Positions 35,001 to 47,978 of a stretch of DNA of 64,000 nucleotides are shown here, piece by piece. How positions within the stretch are numbered: position 1 is the stretch's first letter; every line of letters starts with the position of its first letter. Both the position numbers and the translations under genes were made by a program. The notes below the pieces were generated by a model, which made no database searches, had not been told where the DNA came from, and saw only the letters and a list, made by a program, of their open reading frames with translations. Source of the DNA: Phyllobates terribilis (Eukaryota); NCBI RefSeq assembly GCF_046119375.1, contig NW_027362767.1, forward strand, positions 295,554,001 to 295,618,000, read 5' to 3'.

Positions 35001-37845
35001 TAGGGCCTCCACCTGTGCACTCAACCTCTGCCTTAACGAGACACTCATTCTAAGGGTGCGAATACACACCACCTCCTTATTGCGCAGTCAGGGCTCACTG
35101 TAATCAGGTAGTCTTCAAATTAATATGCCGCAGTCATACAGGTGAAGAGTTGTGGGCAGCTCTCCAGGCTCAGTTTGAGCAATGGCTGTCTCCACTAAAC
35201 CTAGAGCCAGGGAAGGCCATATGCGTGAACGGTGCAAACCTGTTAGCGGCCCTAGGCCGAGGCAAGCTCGCACACGTGCCTTGCATGGCTCACGTCCTCA
35301 ACCTGGTGGTACAGTGATTTCTCCGCCACTATCCTGGCCTGGATGAGCTGCTTCACAAAGTACGGAAGCTGTGTTCTCACTTCCGCTGTTCGCACCCCTC
35401 ATGTCATCGACTTACATCGATACAGAGGTCTTTGTGCATGCCAGTTAACAGGTCGATATGTGATGTGCCGACGCGGTGGAATTCCATTCTACACATGTTG
35501 CAGAGACTGTGCCAGCAATAATGAGCTCTGACGCAGTATGTCATGATGTATAGCTTGGGCAACGCAGTATGGACTTGGGGCATATCACGTTTGCGGAGTG
35601 GGAACAGATTAAGGACCTCTGCACCCTTTTGCACGGTTTTGAAATGGCTACTAAACTGGTTAGCGCTGACGATGCCGTCATCAGCATCACTATTCCGGTC
35701 ATATACATGTTGGAGCAAACTTTGAATAACCTGCGGCAGGAGGTGTTGGCCCCAGAAGAAGAGTAGGATGCTGAAGGGATACCAATGTCTCAAATTTCCA
35801 GACTGTCATCACACAGGTGGATGCCAAGTGATGGTGGATTACAGGGAGTTTGGTGATACCAGGCAAACTGTTAGTGAAGGTGCAAGAGCTGAGGAACTAA
35901 TGGAGGAGGAAGAGGTGATGGGCGAGCAGCTGTCAGAGGATGAAGAGGATAATCATCCCCTCTCGTTTGAACGTGGTTGGCAGGAGGGGACGGAGAAAAC
36001 AAGCATCAATGGTACGCAGCCCACAATACAGCCTGGCTTTGGACCTCCTGGAAGAGCCCGCCATATGAGTGCCTTCTTGATACACTATCTGAAACATGAT
36101 CCCCATATAGTTAGGATTCTATATAATGCTGACTACTGGGTTGCCACTGTGTTAGATCCACGTTATAAGAGTCAATTTTGCCAGATGCTTCCCACCCTGG
36201 AAAGGGACCTGCTTATGTTGGAGTATCGAAACAAGCTTTTAAGCAACCTTAATAGAGGTTTTCCCCAAGATAACAGTGAGACACACAGTGTGCATCGCAG
36301 CTGTAGTCTTTCAACCTCCGGCACATCAGTTCGTCAACGCCAAAACATTAGCAGCAGCAGCAGCAGAGTAAGTAGCAGAAGCAATTTCTGGGTGTCCTTT
36401 CACACATTTTTTGCACCAGCTCATGCACCAGCACAACAGAGTACAAGTCTGACACGTGGTGAATGACTGGAGAGGATGGCGCAGGAGTATTTATATCAAT
36501 ATCAATACCATCAGGGAGGGTTTGGACCCTTTTACATTTTTGTCTTAAAAAATGGATGAATGGCCTGCGCTCGCCTCTCACGCCTTCTCTCTGAGAGTGT
36601 CTTCAGAGCTGCTGGTAGTGTCTTGACGGATAAGCGCACCCGGCTGTCCCCTGAAAGTGTAGACCGCATAACTTTCATCAAGATGAACAAGTCATGGATC
36701 TCCAAGGACTTTTGCACCCCAATTGCAGACTGTACAGAGTAGGCGATATTGTCGTTTTGAGTGTGCTGCATTGATCTCTTGAAATTGCAGTCTGTGATAT
36801 GGCTTCTATGCCTGCTCTTGCTGCTGCTGCAGGTTTTAGGCCCTAATTTTGGGAAATGTGGAGAATTCTGATTATGTCTCCATCCATTGGGTTGGCTGTA
36901 GTGGGACAAGTATGGGTCTGCGTTAAACTACTTGTAGTCTGATGACATTGATGCCACTTCGGTGGTGTTAGGCACTCATTTAGGGCAATGTGAACACTCC
37001 TGGTTAGGTCTCCATCTCCTGGGTTAGCTGTACTGGAAGAGGTGTAGTGAGCTGGCCAGGTCTGGCTGTTCTGTGATAATTGATATAGAGCCTGTTACAG
37101 AAGTGATTACACAGGATGATGTTGCCACCTTGTGGCCAGAGGTTGCACCTGCGCAGGTTGTGATGACAGAGAAAAAGACTGAGCCTCCTGTGTCCCGCCC
37201 TAGAGAGTCACGTGACCAAAGTGGGAAGCAGGAAAAAGCGCGCAAAGAGTCTGCCGTGGTCTGTGAAAAGAGCCAGGACGGTGTGCAGGCCCTCGTGTGT
37301 GGCGCAGGAGAGACTCTCAACGTGATTTCTTCTATCTGACATCATATCCTCTGAGCCTTCCCCAGCTTCTGCACTGCTGAAGGATTCAGCTGTTACACTC
37401 CCTGCTACTGGAGTGTGGACTACATAAGGGGACCCACCAGAGCTTCTATCCGGATCAGAGAGACTGTTAGCGGGACTTCTGGCGAGAGGCCGAAGTACCC
37501 CTTCCTTTCTTTCCGCGAATTCTGCTGTTCCTGTTTTTTTTTTTTGGCTGGGACGCCCTCCTGCAAAGACAGACAGGCCTGCGACGGGGGACACATCCTT
37601 CTGGAGTAAAGGACTGGTAACGTGTGAGTAGGGACAGTGAGGGTCAGCTTATCAGTACACGTTATTACTGTGAATATTTACGGTTGTCATTTATTGTTTT
37701 TCTTTGCTGTGTTAAAAATGTATACGAGTAAAGATACGGTTATCAAGTTAGAGTCTGTGTGTGGGGATCTTGCTGGGCCAGATCATAGATACCAATGCGC
37801 GGCCTTGCCCGCGGTCACTTCATCTGGCGTAGTCGGCAGGATCTG

Positions 37846-39328
37846 TGACCAACAGGATTCCCACCCAGGCCATGTGTACAGTCAGAAAGCCCCGCCGGTG
37901 TCTATTGTGAATCAGGTCAGGAAATTTGGCGGACGAAACTACCCTGTACCAGAGTGGGCGGAACAATTCCGGAAACTAGGGGAAATGTATAATATTGACC
38001 CTAAGACCTTGGCAGAGTCGGGGTAATGTCGGGGTCGTAACGACAATCCACTCGTCCTCTAGTCACTCCAAATTAAGGCTATGAGCATGGGTCAATTATT
38101 CAAAGAATGAGTCAGACAACGAGCTGGTTCAAACTCAGAGCACGCTCAGAAGGCTACTGGCAAGCCACGATCTCAGCAATGTTCTGCCTTTATTTCCGCA
38201 TGCACAAACCTAAATACACTACATAATGGGGAGGGGAAAGGGATTGTTCGGGGCGGGGTAAGCCATAAATGTCTAGTATCCGGCCACTCCTTATTGGTCC
38301 ATGTCTCCTTAACTCAGTCTCTGGGCAGATATTGCAACCGTCAGTTGATGATCCGGTTTCATTTCTCTGAAACAGGTGCTGGCCGATACCGGCGCCATCT
38401 TAGCATAAGTTTCGATCTAAGTAACACGTAGCAAGGAAAGCTTATTGTTATAAGACACAAAATGGTGGTTAGTACATAAGCAAAGCGTATAAAAGTATAA
38501 AAGTGGAAAAAAATATATATATTCTTTCTGACCCTGACAGCAGAAATGGCGGTACTGACGCTAGAGGGGGAGGCATGGACGACAGTCAGACTGGAGACGG
38601 TCAGGGGCCAGTGTACAGTAGATGATTTGGTGCGGGTGCTGGAGAACACCTATGGGCCGACCACATACCAGGGAACACTGCGACACATGTTCTTTAGATG
38701 GACGCAGCTTGAATGGGAGGATATTCCCCAATATGCGAACGCCCTTCAGGTACTCCTTGAACAAGCCGGTGGAAATGGGGAACAACTAGCTGGTATGGCT
38801 CCTCGTGACCTGGTACTGAGAGACCAATTTGTAATAGGACTGAGAGACCAGTATCTTAACCGCACGTTACAGGACTTGATCCGGATGATGCCGGCTCTTA
38901 CTTTTGCTGAAGTCAAACAGGAAGCCATAGAACGTTCAAGGGGACCCGTCATGGATGTGGGGATTCCAGGTGCTGCATGCAGATCCATATCTGACATTAA
39001 AAATCCGAACAGTGACACGGAAGACCTGAAACAGATGGTAGCAGACTTACAGAAACAGATATTACAGTTAACATTAGACCGACAGGGAGACCAGCGAAGA
39101 CAGCCTAGTCGTCCCGTGGGACAGTGTTGGTCATGCGGTGATCCTCGCCATAGGGAAAATCGTTGTCCTCAACACTTCCCTCCGCAAAAATCTCCGTCGC
39201 ACCAACGAACAAACCCTCAGTCGCCCCAGCGAAGGGAATTTCGATCAGACCAGCGAATGGAACCCCAGCCATATCCACAAGCAGAGCTACCACGCCGGGC
39301 CTCACCACAATGGCCGCCGTTAAACTAG
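37846..39328 (+). pseudogene. gag: gag of element B, split by a solo LTR; start position uncertain
   Basis: Removing the insert restores DPKTLAE-MAVLTLEGEAW. LRDQFVIGL and CWSCGDPRHRENRC knuckle. Confidence 0.82.
38027..38539 (-). mobile_element. Solo LTR (~513 bp) inserted in gag of element B; orientation inferred from a minus-strand AATAAA
   Basis: Termini tgtcggggtc / gaccctgaca; gcag duplicated at 38012-38015 and 38540-38543. Confidence 0.75.
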
Positions 39329-42300
39329 ACACCTCTGCAGCTGAGGCTCGCGCAGCAGGGGAGGCCAAGGAGAGGGGTGTGGAAAAACAGAGCCAATGGC
39401 GGAGTGCTCTTGCCTCGAGTAGCCCGACACTTGAAGTTGTCCTGGAAGGAATTGCCGTACAGGGACTGATGGACACCGGGTCACAAGTGACCACGATCTC
39501 TGAACAGTTTTACGAAAATTACCTCAAACCAAGAACTGCTCGTGACCCAGACACCGCCATTAAGATTATTGCGGCTTATAATCTACCCATTCCAGTGACC
39601 GGAGTTGCTTGGATGGACACAAAGGCCTGCGGACAGGACTTAGGGAAACGAGGGATCGTCATCGTCAAGGAAGGTTTTGGCTCCGAAACCCCAGTGATGG
39701 TTGCAATGAACATCTTGAAAGACCTAGATCTTATGCTGTTGACAAGAAAAGGACCCAAATACTGGCAGAAAGTCACCAAACATAAGCCGACTCGTCTGGC
39801 GTTCCAGCGCGTAATCCGGACCGTTGGACTTCAACAGATGGCAGAGGAACAACTACCCCTAGCGGCCATTACGGTGCCACGCCGTACCCGGATTACTTTG
39901 CCCGCTGAAAAAGAGACAGTCATTTCCTTACCCCTTAACACCCACCGACAACTTGAGGGGGTTGAAGTGTTGATCGAGCCGAGGACCCCAAGTGGGGGTA
40001 AGCTAAACCCACTAGTTGCTCGCACTCTAGCCGTCGTGAGGAACGGGAGAGTCCCTGTCAGGCTAAACACCGCAGACGTAGGCCTAGCCCTTGAAGCCGG
40101 CACTCAACTTGCCCGGGTATATGCTCTACCCACGGAAGTGAATCCCATTGGGCCCTTAGAATTCACCCCGTCTACAGAAGGCGACTGGACGGTAACCGTC
40201 TCAGCCATAAACGCTCAAGTAGACGATGAAGACATTGGGCGAAAACTACGGGAAAAAGTGCAGCTAGACACGTCTCAGTACACTAAACAAGAAGTGTCTC
40301 AAGTGGAGGAACTCCTGCGGAAACACCAAGACTCCTTTGCAAAGCATGACACAGACTTTGGGTGTACCACCAGTATCCAGCACGAGATACCCACGGGCGA
40401 TACCCCCCCTATCCGCGAGAGGTACCGGCAGATACCACCTCAGCAATACCAGGAGGTGAAAAGCCTGTTAGAATCTATGCTACATGCCGGAGTGGTACGT
40501 GAAAGCCAGAGCCCGTGGGCTGCACCCGTGGTGATAGTCAAAAAGAAAGATGGTTCCCTAAGGTTTTGCGTGGACTACCGTAGGCTGAACGTTTGCACTA
40601 TCCAGGACTCATATCCACTTCCTCAGATCGAAGAGTCACTGACCGCCCTGAAGAAGGCCAAATATTTTTCGTCCCTAGACCTGGCCAGTGGATATTGGCA
40701 GGTTCCAATGAGTGAGAAGGACAGGGAAAAGACCGCCTTCATCCTTCCCATGGGCCTGTATGAGTTCGACCGGATGCCGTTCGGCTTGAATAACGCACCG
40801 GGGACCTTTCAGAGACTAATGGAACACTGTCTGGGGGACTTCAACTTTGAGTTTACGCTGATATACCTTGACGACATCGTGGTATACTCCGCCACCTTTG
40901 AAGATCATCTTCACAAGCTTGGCCAAGTGTTCCAGCGCTTGAGGCGACACGGCTTGAAGTTGAAGCCCAGCAAGTGCCATCTGTTCCAGCAGGAAATCGA
41001 CTACTTGGGTCACCGGATCTCGGCCGAAGGCGTCCAGCCCTCTCCGGAGAAGATAGCAGCCGTTCAAGAGTGGCCGCAGCCAACTACCGTCAAAGAAGTC
41101 CGGGCCTTTCTGGGGCTAGCAGGCTACTACCGTCGGTTTGTCAAGGACTTTGCTCGGCTTGCTGAACCACTGCATGAGGTTCTCCGAGGGACCGCGAACA
41201 GCCCCAGAGGACGACGCATCAGTTGGGGGCCTGACCGAGAAAAATCCTTTCAGGCACTTAAGGCTGCTCTAACATCACCCCCTGTTCTGGCATATGCAGA
41301 CTACACATTACCGTTTCAGTTGAACACCGACGCCAGCCTTCAAGGTCTAGGGGCGGTCCTCTCTCAAGTTCAAGATAATAAAGAACGCGTGATAGCCTAT
41401 GCCAGTAGGTCTCTCCGTGACACCGAAAAGAATCCCGTCAACTACAGCTCCTTCCGCTTGGAACTCTTGGCTCTGACTTGGGCTATGACGGAGAAATTTG
41501 TCGGCTATCTGACAGGAGCGGAGGTGCTGGTCATGACGGACAACAATCCTCTTGCCCACCTAGAGAATGCCAAACTAGGGGCAATGGAACAGCGCTGGAT
41601 GGCCAGGCTCTCTAGATTCCAGTACAAAATTAAATACAGAGCGGGGAACGAGAATCAGAATGCTGACAGCCTGTCTAGAGTGACATCATCCCCGCCAGTG
41701 GGGGACCGGGAGGAAGATGAGATGCCTGACTTTGCGCGGCTCGCAAAGCAAATAGAAGATAGCCGCCAGTATGCGGTAGGAGGGATTGAAGCCGTAGTGG
41801 GATCTCCCCTGTCCCAGCAAGAATGGGCCAAGCTTCAAGATCGAGATCCCGAGCACGTCTTACTGAAACAGTATGTGAATAAACAAGAGAAACCGCCCTC
41901 CGAAGTGAGAGCCCGACTATTGACCGGAGCCTTGGCTCTGCTTGCCCAGTGGGATCGGCTGATCGTGAAAGATGGAGTCCTGTGTCGCAGGGCCCTTTTA
42001 TCCCATATGCTGGAGGAGTGTTTGCAGATTGTCGTCCCGGTGCAGTTGGCCCATGAGATGGTGGGCGAAGCTCAAAGGAGGAACGGCCACTTCGGCATAG
42101 ACAAGACCCTCCGGTGGACCCAGCAGTTCATTTTTTGTCCGGCGCTCCGTAAGTTGGTTGAAAACGTCTGTCAAGCATGCCGTACCTGTGAATTCCACAA
42201 GTCCGCGGAGCAGCGTGCCCCCGTCCAGACTATTAAGACATCGAGGCCCCTCGAGCTGTTGATGGTAGACTATCTGTTGATCGGAACGGCGAATAGTGGC

Positions 42301-43731
42301 TACCAGTACTGTCTGGTGATGGTGGACCACTTCACGAAATTAGCTGTCGCTGTTGCTACCAAGGATCAGACTGCTGAATCAGCTGCACAGGCTATCTGTC
42401 AGCAATTCGTTGGGGTCTACGGGTGTCCAGAGTGGCTACACTCTGATCAGGGGGCTTGTTTCGAAGGGCGAGTCATTGAAGAACTCCAACGGATGTATGG
42501 AATCAAGAAGTCCAGGACCACCCCTTACCATCCACAAGGGAATGGCGCGTGTGAACGCTTTAACCGGACCCTCTTACAACTGATCCGGACTTTGGCTGAA
42601 GACTAAAAACCCGACTGGCCTCGATTCCTCCCGGAACTGCTGTGGGCCTATAATAATCAGGTCCATTCCGTCACCGGATACACCCCATACACCCTTCTCT
42701 TTGGCCGTCCAGGCAAAGACATCCATGAGTTGCAACTGTCTAGCTCCGAAGAAGATACCTGTGGTACCTATCCTTCCTGGCTACAAACACAATGCCAGAG
42801 AATGGAGACTGTCTACCGGCTAGTAGGCCGACAAATTCAGGATCAAGTGCACGCTGACCCACTTCCGGTACAAGAAGACCCACTGAATGTAGGTCAACTG
42901 GTCCTAGTCCGAATAAAGAAGCCGCAAGGGAAACTCCGGCCCAGGTGGGAGACCGAAGTCTATCGAGTAATTGGACAGCCGTACCCCGGTGGCCCCGTCT
43001 ATCGAGTGCAGGGCGAAGACAGCGGCAGCATCCGAACTTTGCACCGTAATATGTTGCGCCCCTGCCGTTCCCAGCCTGACTCCCCTACTGTGATACCTAG
43101 AGAGATGGATATCACTAATACTGTCGGAGACACTGACCCCGGGGATGTAGAGACTGAATGCATGCCTACCCCTGTCCGTCCGACTGGCGCACTTGAACCG
43201 ATTACCTCCTCTACTGACATGTCGACTGGGAAAGAGAGTGGGGTGACTGATAGGAGAGAGGGGATCCAACCCGTTAGGCGGACAACGAGGACCACTGCAG
43301 GGGTACCTACAGGACAGTCCTACAGAGACCAATATGTGTGGCCCTCTTCCCTGCCGCCCCCTGTCACATCCACAGCCATCGCCGCCCTGGAGCCGGTCGT
43401 TGGCAGGGACTGCCAACCTTTGAGTGTGGGGGCGTGTAGTGAGCTGGCCGGCTCTGGCTGTTCTGTGATAATTGATATAGAGCCTGTTACAGAAGTGATT
43501 ACACAGGATGATGTTGCCACCTTGTGGCCAGAGGTTGCACCTGCGCAGGGTGTGATGACAGAGAAAAAGACTGATCCTCCTGTGTCCCGCCCTAGAGAGT
43601 CACATGACCAAAGTGGGAAGCAGGAAAAAGCGCGCAAAGAGTCTGCTGTGGTCTGTGAAAAGAGCCAGGACGGTGTGCAGGCCCTCGTGTGTGGCGCAGG
43701 AGAGACTCTCAACGTGATTTCTTCTATCTGA
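39319..43731 (+). pseudogene. pol: pol of element B, -1 frame to gag, one premature TAA at 42604-42606; frame ends inside the 3' LTR
   Basis: LMDTGSQV; YLDDIVV; LNTDASLQG; LMVDYL...HSDQG...CERFN. ORFs 39163-42606 and 42730-43731 share one frame. Confidence 0.92.
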
Positions 43732-44370
43732 CATCATATCCTCGGAGCCTTCCCCAGCTTCTGCACTGCTGAAGGATTCAGCTGTTACACTCCCTGCTAC
43801 TGGAGTGTGGACTACATAAGGGGACCCACCAGAGCTTCTATCCGGATCAGAGAGACTGTTAGCGGGACCTCTGGCGAGAGGCCGAAGTACCCCTTCCTTT
43901 CTTTCCGCGAATTCTGCTGTTCCTGTTTTTTTTTTTCGGCTGGGACACCCTCCTGCAAAGACAGACAGGCCTGCGACGGGGGACACATCCTTCTGGAGTA
44001 AAGGACTGGTAACGTGTGAGTAGGGACAGTGAGGGTCAGCTTATCAGTACACGTTATTACTGTGCATATTTACGGTTGTCATTTATTGTTTTTCTTTGCT
44101 TTGTTAAAAATGTATACGAGTAAAGATATGGTTATCAAGTTAGAGTCTGTGTGTGGGGATCTTGCTGGGCCAGATCATAGATACCAATGCGCGGCCTTGC
44201 CCGCGGTCACTTCAGAGGTGTGGGTCTTATTTACATTATTTCTACAGTAGTGAAATTGATGCCAGTTTGCTGGCGTCTGCCACAAATTTTTTTAAATGTG
44301 GGGAATTCTGATAGGGTCTCCATCTATTGGGTTGTGTGTAGTGGAACCTTCCTGTTCCTGTTGCAATGTT

Positions 44371-44802
44371 GCTGCACTCCTTATACAGACTCTGCCTGAT
44401 TCACTCCTGGTACAGACTCTGCCTGCTGCACTCGTGATACAGACTCTGCCTGCTGCACTCCTGATACAGACTCTGCCTACTGCACTCCTGATACAGACTC
44501 TGCGCGCTGCACTTTGATACAGACTCAGCCTGCTGCACTCCTGATACAGACTCTGCCTACTGCACTCCTGATACAGACTCTGCGCGCTGCACTTTGATAC
44601 AGACTCAGCCTGCTGCACTCTGATACAGACTCTGCGTGCTGCACTCCTGATACAGACTCTGCGCGCTGCACTTTGATACAGACTCAGCCTGCTGCACTCT
44701 GATACAGACTCTGCGTGCTGCACTCCTGATACAGACTCTGCCTGCTGCACTCCTGATACAGACTCTGCCTGCTGCACTCTGATACAGACTCTGCCTGCTG
44801 CA
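44371..44802. repeat. 27/28-bp minisatellite (~15-16 copies) in the hAT 3' region
   Basis: Unit gctgcactcctgatacagactctgcct with recurring variants. Confidence 0.9.
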
Positions 44803-45628
44803 CCATCTAGTCTGTCCTACTGGGTGCAGCTGCTGCGCGTTCGTTGGTCTGTCCTGGAGTGGCACCTGGCGTTCATCGGGAGCCAAGTCTAACCTCACCA
44901 TCAGAGGCTTTAGTGAACAGTCCAGTGCTCGCTTAGTCACGCCCCTTCAGGCTCTCCGGGGGTCCATGGCACAGTGGTTCCACAAACCACATTCGTGACA
45001 GTGCGCCCTCGCAGGCAGGGTCCTCTCTCCTGTTGTACCAGTCGGTGACCACTTTTGACATGTAAAGCGCAACTGAATAAATGTCGCTGTCACAGTAATA
45101 ATAATTATAGTACTTGTACTCTGGGTCAATTGATGGCACTTCCCTGGCGTCTACACTTATTTGATGTGTTTTGGCAGATTTTGGTCCCATTTCTAGGTGT
45201 TGTATGCATTTTTTTGGTCCCCCCATTGATTCCTATAGGATTCTGAAATGTTCGACGAACATTCAGCGAATAAATTCAGCGAATATCAATTTGTTCTATG
45301 AACTTTTCCGAAACAAACATTGAAATGTTCGCTCATGCTTAGTTGCAATCTTCTTTGATGACAAATGTACTTTGCTCACCAGAAATAAGGACTGTGTCAA
45401 CATGTTCTGCTTTGATGAGTAAAAGGAGATGGACATTTCTGGTTGACCTCGCTGCTGCTAAACATGTTCTGCTTGGGATAAGGCCATCCTTCACATTACC
45501 TGCACATAAAAAATGTTTTAATATGAGAACATATGTTATGTTAACATTAAGATACCATTGTATTTTACTCATGAAATTCTCAACCAGTTTCATGTGTAAC
45601 ATACTTCTTTCCTATTTGAAAAACATAT

Positions 45629-46060
45629 AGGGTTGTCCACTACTAGGACAACCCCTACTTGATCAAAATGTTTGGTCACCATAAAATAATAAAGCCTATA
45701 CTCACCTCCCATGCTATCGTCGTTCCGCGGTGTCGGCACTCGTGGTCCCGGGGCTGCTGTGCTGTTGTTGTGACACGTGACACCGGTGCCCAATCAGCGC
45801 TGGCGTCTTTGTCCCTGCCTTCACCAGTTACAGCCCGGACTTCCTCTTCATGTTCAATTCGACAAGAGGTGGGCACAGTAACGCCAGCACTGATTGGGCG
45901 CCGGGGTCACGTGTCACAGCAACAGCACATGAGCCCCGGGACCGCGAGTGCCGACACTGCGGGAACAGTGCCACCACTGGAGCTGAGTATAGGTTTTATT
46001 ATTTAATGGGGGCCAAGCGAGGGACATGAACAGGGTTTGTCCCAGTAGTGGATAACTTCT
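45629..46060. mobile_element. T2/Kolobok-type MITE, same family as 1193-1634
   Basis: agggttgtccactactaggacaac ... gtttgtcccagtagtggataacttct followed by TTAA. Confidence 0.65.
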
Positions 46061-46795
46061 TTAAGTTGAATAAAACATAGCAGTTTTTCAGCTGGCCACC
46101 ATGGTTGTGACATGGACTAACAGTTTTCCCTCCTTTCTCAAAGCTTGTATCTAAAATTAAATTACCATCTGCCATTTTACAGTGCCTTGAAAAAGTATTC
46201 ATATCCAGTAAACTTTTCCACATTTTTTCACATCACAACTAGGGATGAGCGAACATACTTGGTGATACTCAGATTTCACTCAAGTATCTGGGCGCTTGGA
46301 TACTCGACGAGTATTGGCTGGTGCTCGGATTTGAAGTTCAAATCCCCGCCCGCATGTTTGACACTTGTTAAACATTCAATAAACATGCAGGGATTGCCTG
46401 CCAGTCACTGTAATGCCATAGCCATGCTTAGTAGTGGTATTACTGTGATTGGATGGCCTCATTACCTTATCAGAGGTAATAAAAGGTCAGGCACCACCAT
46501 GGTTGGCACACTGACACCATTGTACAGCTCAGGTTCAGCTTTTATTGGAGGGAGAGAATGGTTGTCCAGGCCTCGGTGTGCACAGTTTAATGAATCAGGG
46601 TCATCTAATGTTGATAATGGTGCTGATGCTGAACTATCATATTAACAGTCCTTGTAAGGGCTAAACCTGTGCTTTGCTGTTTGTATCAGATACATTCTGC
46701 ATTTAGCCTAGGGAGGGACAGTTGGAAGAGCAGAGAGAGTGGCTGAATACAGTCTTTAGGCAGGGATAAGGGCTTTGCAGTCCGTTGCTAAATAT

Positions 46796-47978
46796 GGAAC
46801 AATGAAGGAGAAAATTGAGTTTTTAAAGATTGATAAAATCAGTAACTTTATTAATCACATATAGATTCATAAAAATACAGAGTGTAAATAAGAGACATGT
46901 GTAGGGGGGTGAGCATGAACAATCAAAAATTAGCAGCCAGGACATGAGCAACCCAGGGAGCCTATAGAACCCAATGAAGGGTTATAAAGTTGGATGGATT
47001 GAGTACAAAAAAGGAGAACCCCAAAAAGAGTTAAGTAACTACTCAAGAGAATCTCATGACCCAAAAAGGTAACGGCTATAGTAAATAATATGACAGGGTC
47101 AGAAATTGCCAAGATGTATCTGAGGGGAAAACCTGAAAGAGGGTGGCTCAAGAGACGATTCAAAGGCTTACCCTGGAAGAAACTGTAGCCCAAGGTAATG
47201 GGTAAGACCTGTACCGCTTCCCGGCGAGTGTTTCACGTGGAGCGTGTCCTGTTTTCTCAAGGGAAGATGTAACTATTGCGCTGTCAGGACCTTTGACATA
47301 GCCAGGTGACCGATCACATGGTGCACCACGTTGTACGGTCTCCTCCAATGGCACCATGTTAGCGGCGCATGTGCACATCGCAAGCCGCGCCCCCCGCCAC
47401 AGAACCGGCAATCATGTCGGCATGCACACGACAAGCACACGTGTACCATGACGCCCAGAACGGTAAATTTAAAACCCAAAGACGAGATTATCAACAATGT
47501 GCATGGAAATATATAGCATATATTATCCCAATATACACAGCATATGGTACAAGCATACATATAATAACCATATGGTAAACATGAAAGTCTAAACCAGAAT
47601 TAACAACAATGTATATAACATATGACATAGTGTCATAACAGCGTGAACAACATACATTATACACATACATAATAAAACAGTGAACTATAAATCTGGGATA
47701 TAGGCCCAGATGATAGCCACCACAGCATTCACAGTTTAATTGAGAAGAATATGGAACACAGTCTGGTATAAATATACAAATAGGATGGACTGGACCTGGA
47801 CAAGTAAAGGAAGCTAAAAAAGTGAAAAAACACAAAAAAGAGAGTATTAGAAAATTAGACAACCACAATAAACATTAAAAAGGATAAATCGGGCTACAAT
47901 AATGGCACGCAAGGTTATCCCATTAAAAATAAGAAGGAGGAGGAGGCACACATGAGAAACACAGAATCAGAGAAAGGA
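46796..47978 (-). mobile_element. Unclassified insert, possibly Penelope-like derived, between 62-bp direct repeats
   Basis: Direct repeats at 46734-46795 and 47979-48040; degenerate hammerhead-like motif at 47217-47266. Confidence 0.4.

Larger units (their letters stand above)
25222..36742 (+). pseudogene. hAT transposase (BED finger, DDE, C-terminal dimerization domain), many stops, split by the Gypsy at 25473-33469
   Basis: MSGKKRGRGGRG at 25222, resuming at 33470. BED-like AWAFFV...VIC near 34050; VHFTTDTWTS near 34800; HVPCMAHVLNLVV near 35275; CDVPTRWNS near 35460; LSESVFRAAGSVLTDKRTRLSPESVDRITFIKMN near 36590-36690. Confidence 0.9.
37043..44214 (+). mobile_element. Full-length Ty3/Gypsy LTR retrotransposon (element B)
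   Basis: 780-bp LTRs at 37043-37822 and 43435-44214 (roughly 13-14 substitutions by eye). 4-bp TSD gagg. tRNA-Ser PBS tggcgtagtcggcaggat at 37825. Confidence 0.96.
22339..45341 (+). mobile_element. hAT (Ac-like) transposon expanded to 23 kb by nested LTR elements
   Basis: Left TIR tagtgttgagcgaa; right TIR ttcgctcatgctta (imperfect). Identical 8-bp TSD gttgcaat at 22331-22338 and 45342-45349. Transposase remnants inside. Confidence 0.9.

Noticed and set aside
44371-44802. CRISPR-like array
   Set aside because: Units are adjacent with no unique spacers, the context is eukaryotic, and there are no cas genes.
44292-44940. Repetitive ORFs (QQAESVS...)
   Set aside because: Translations of the minisatellite.
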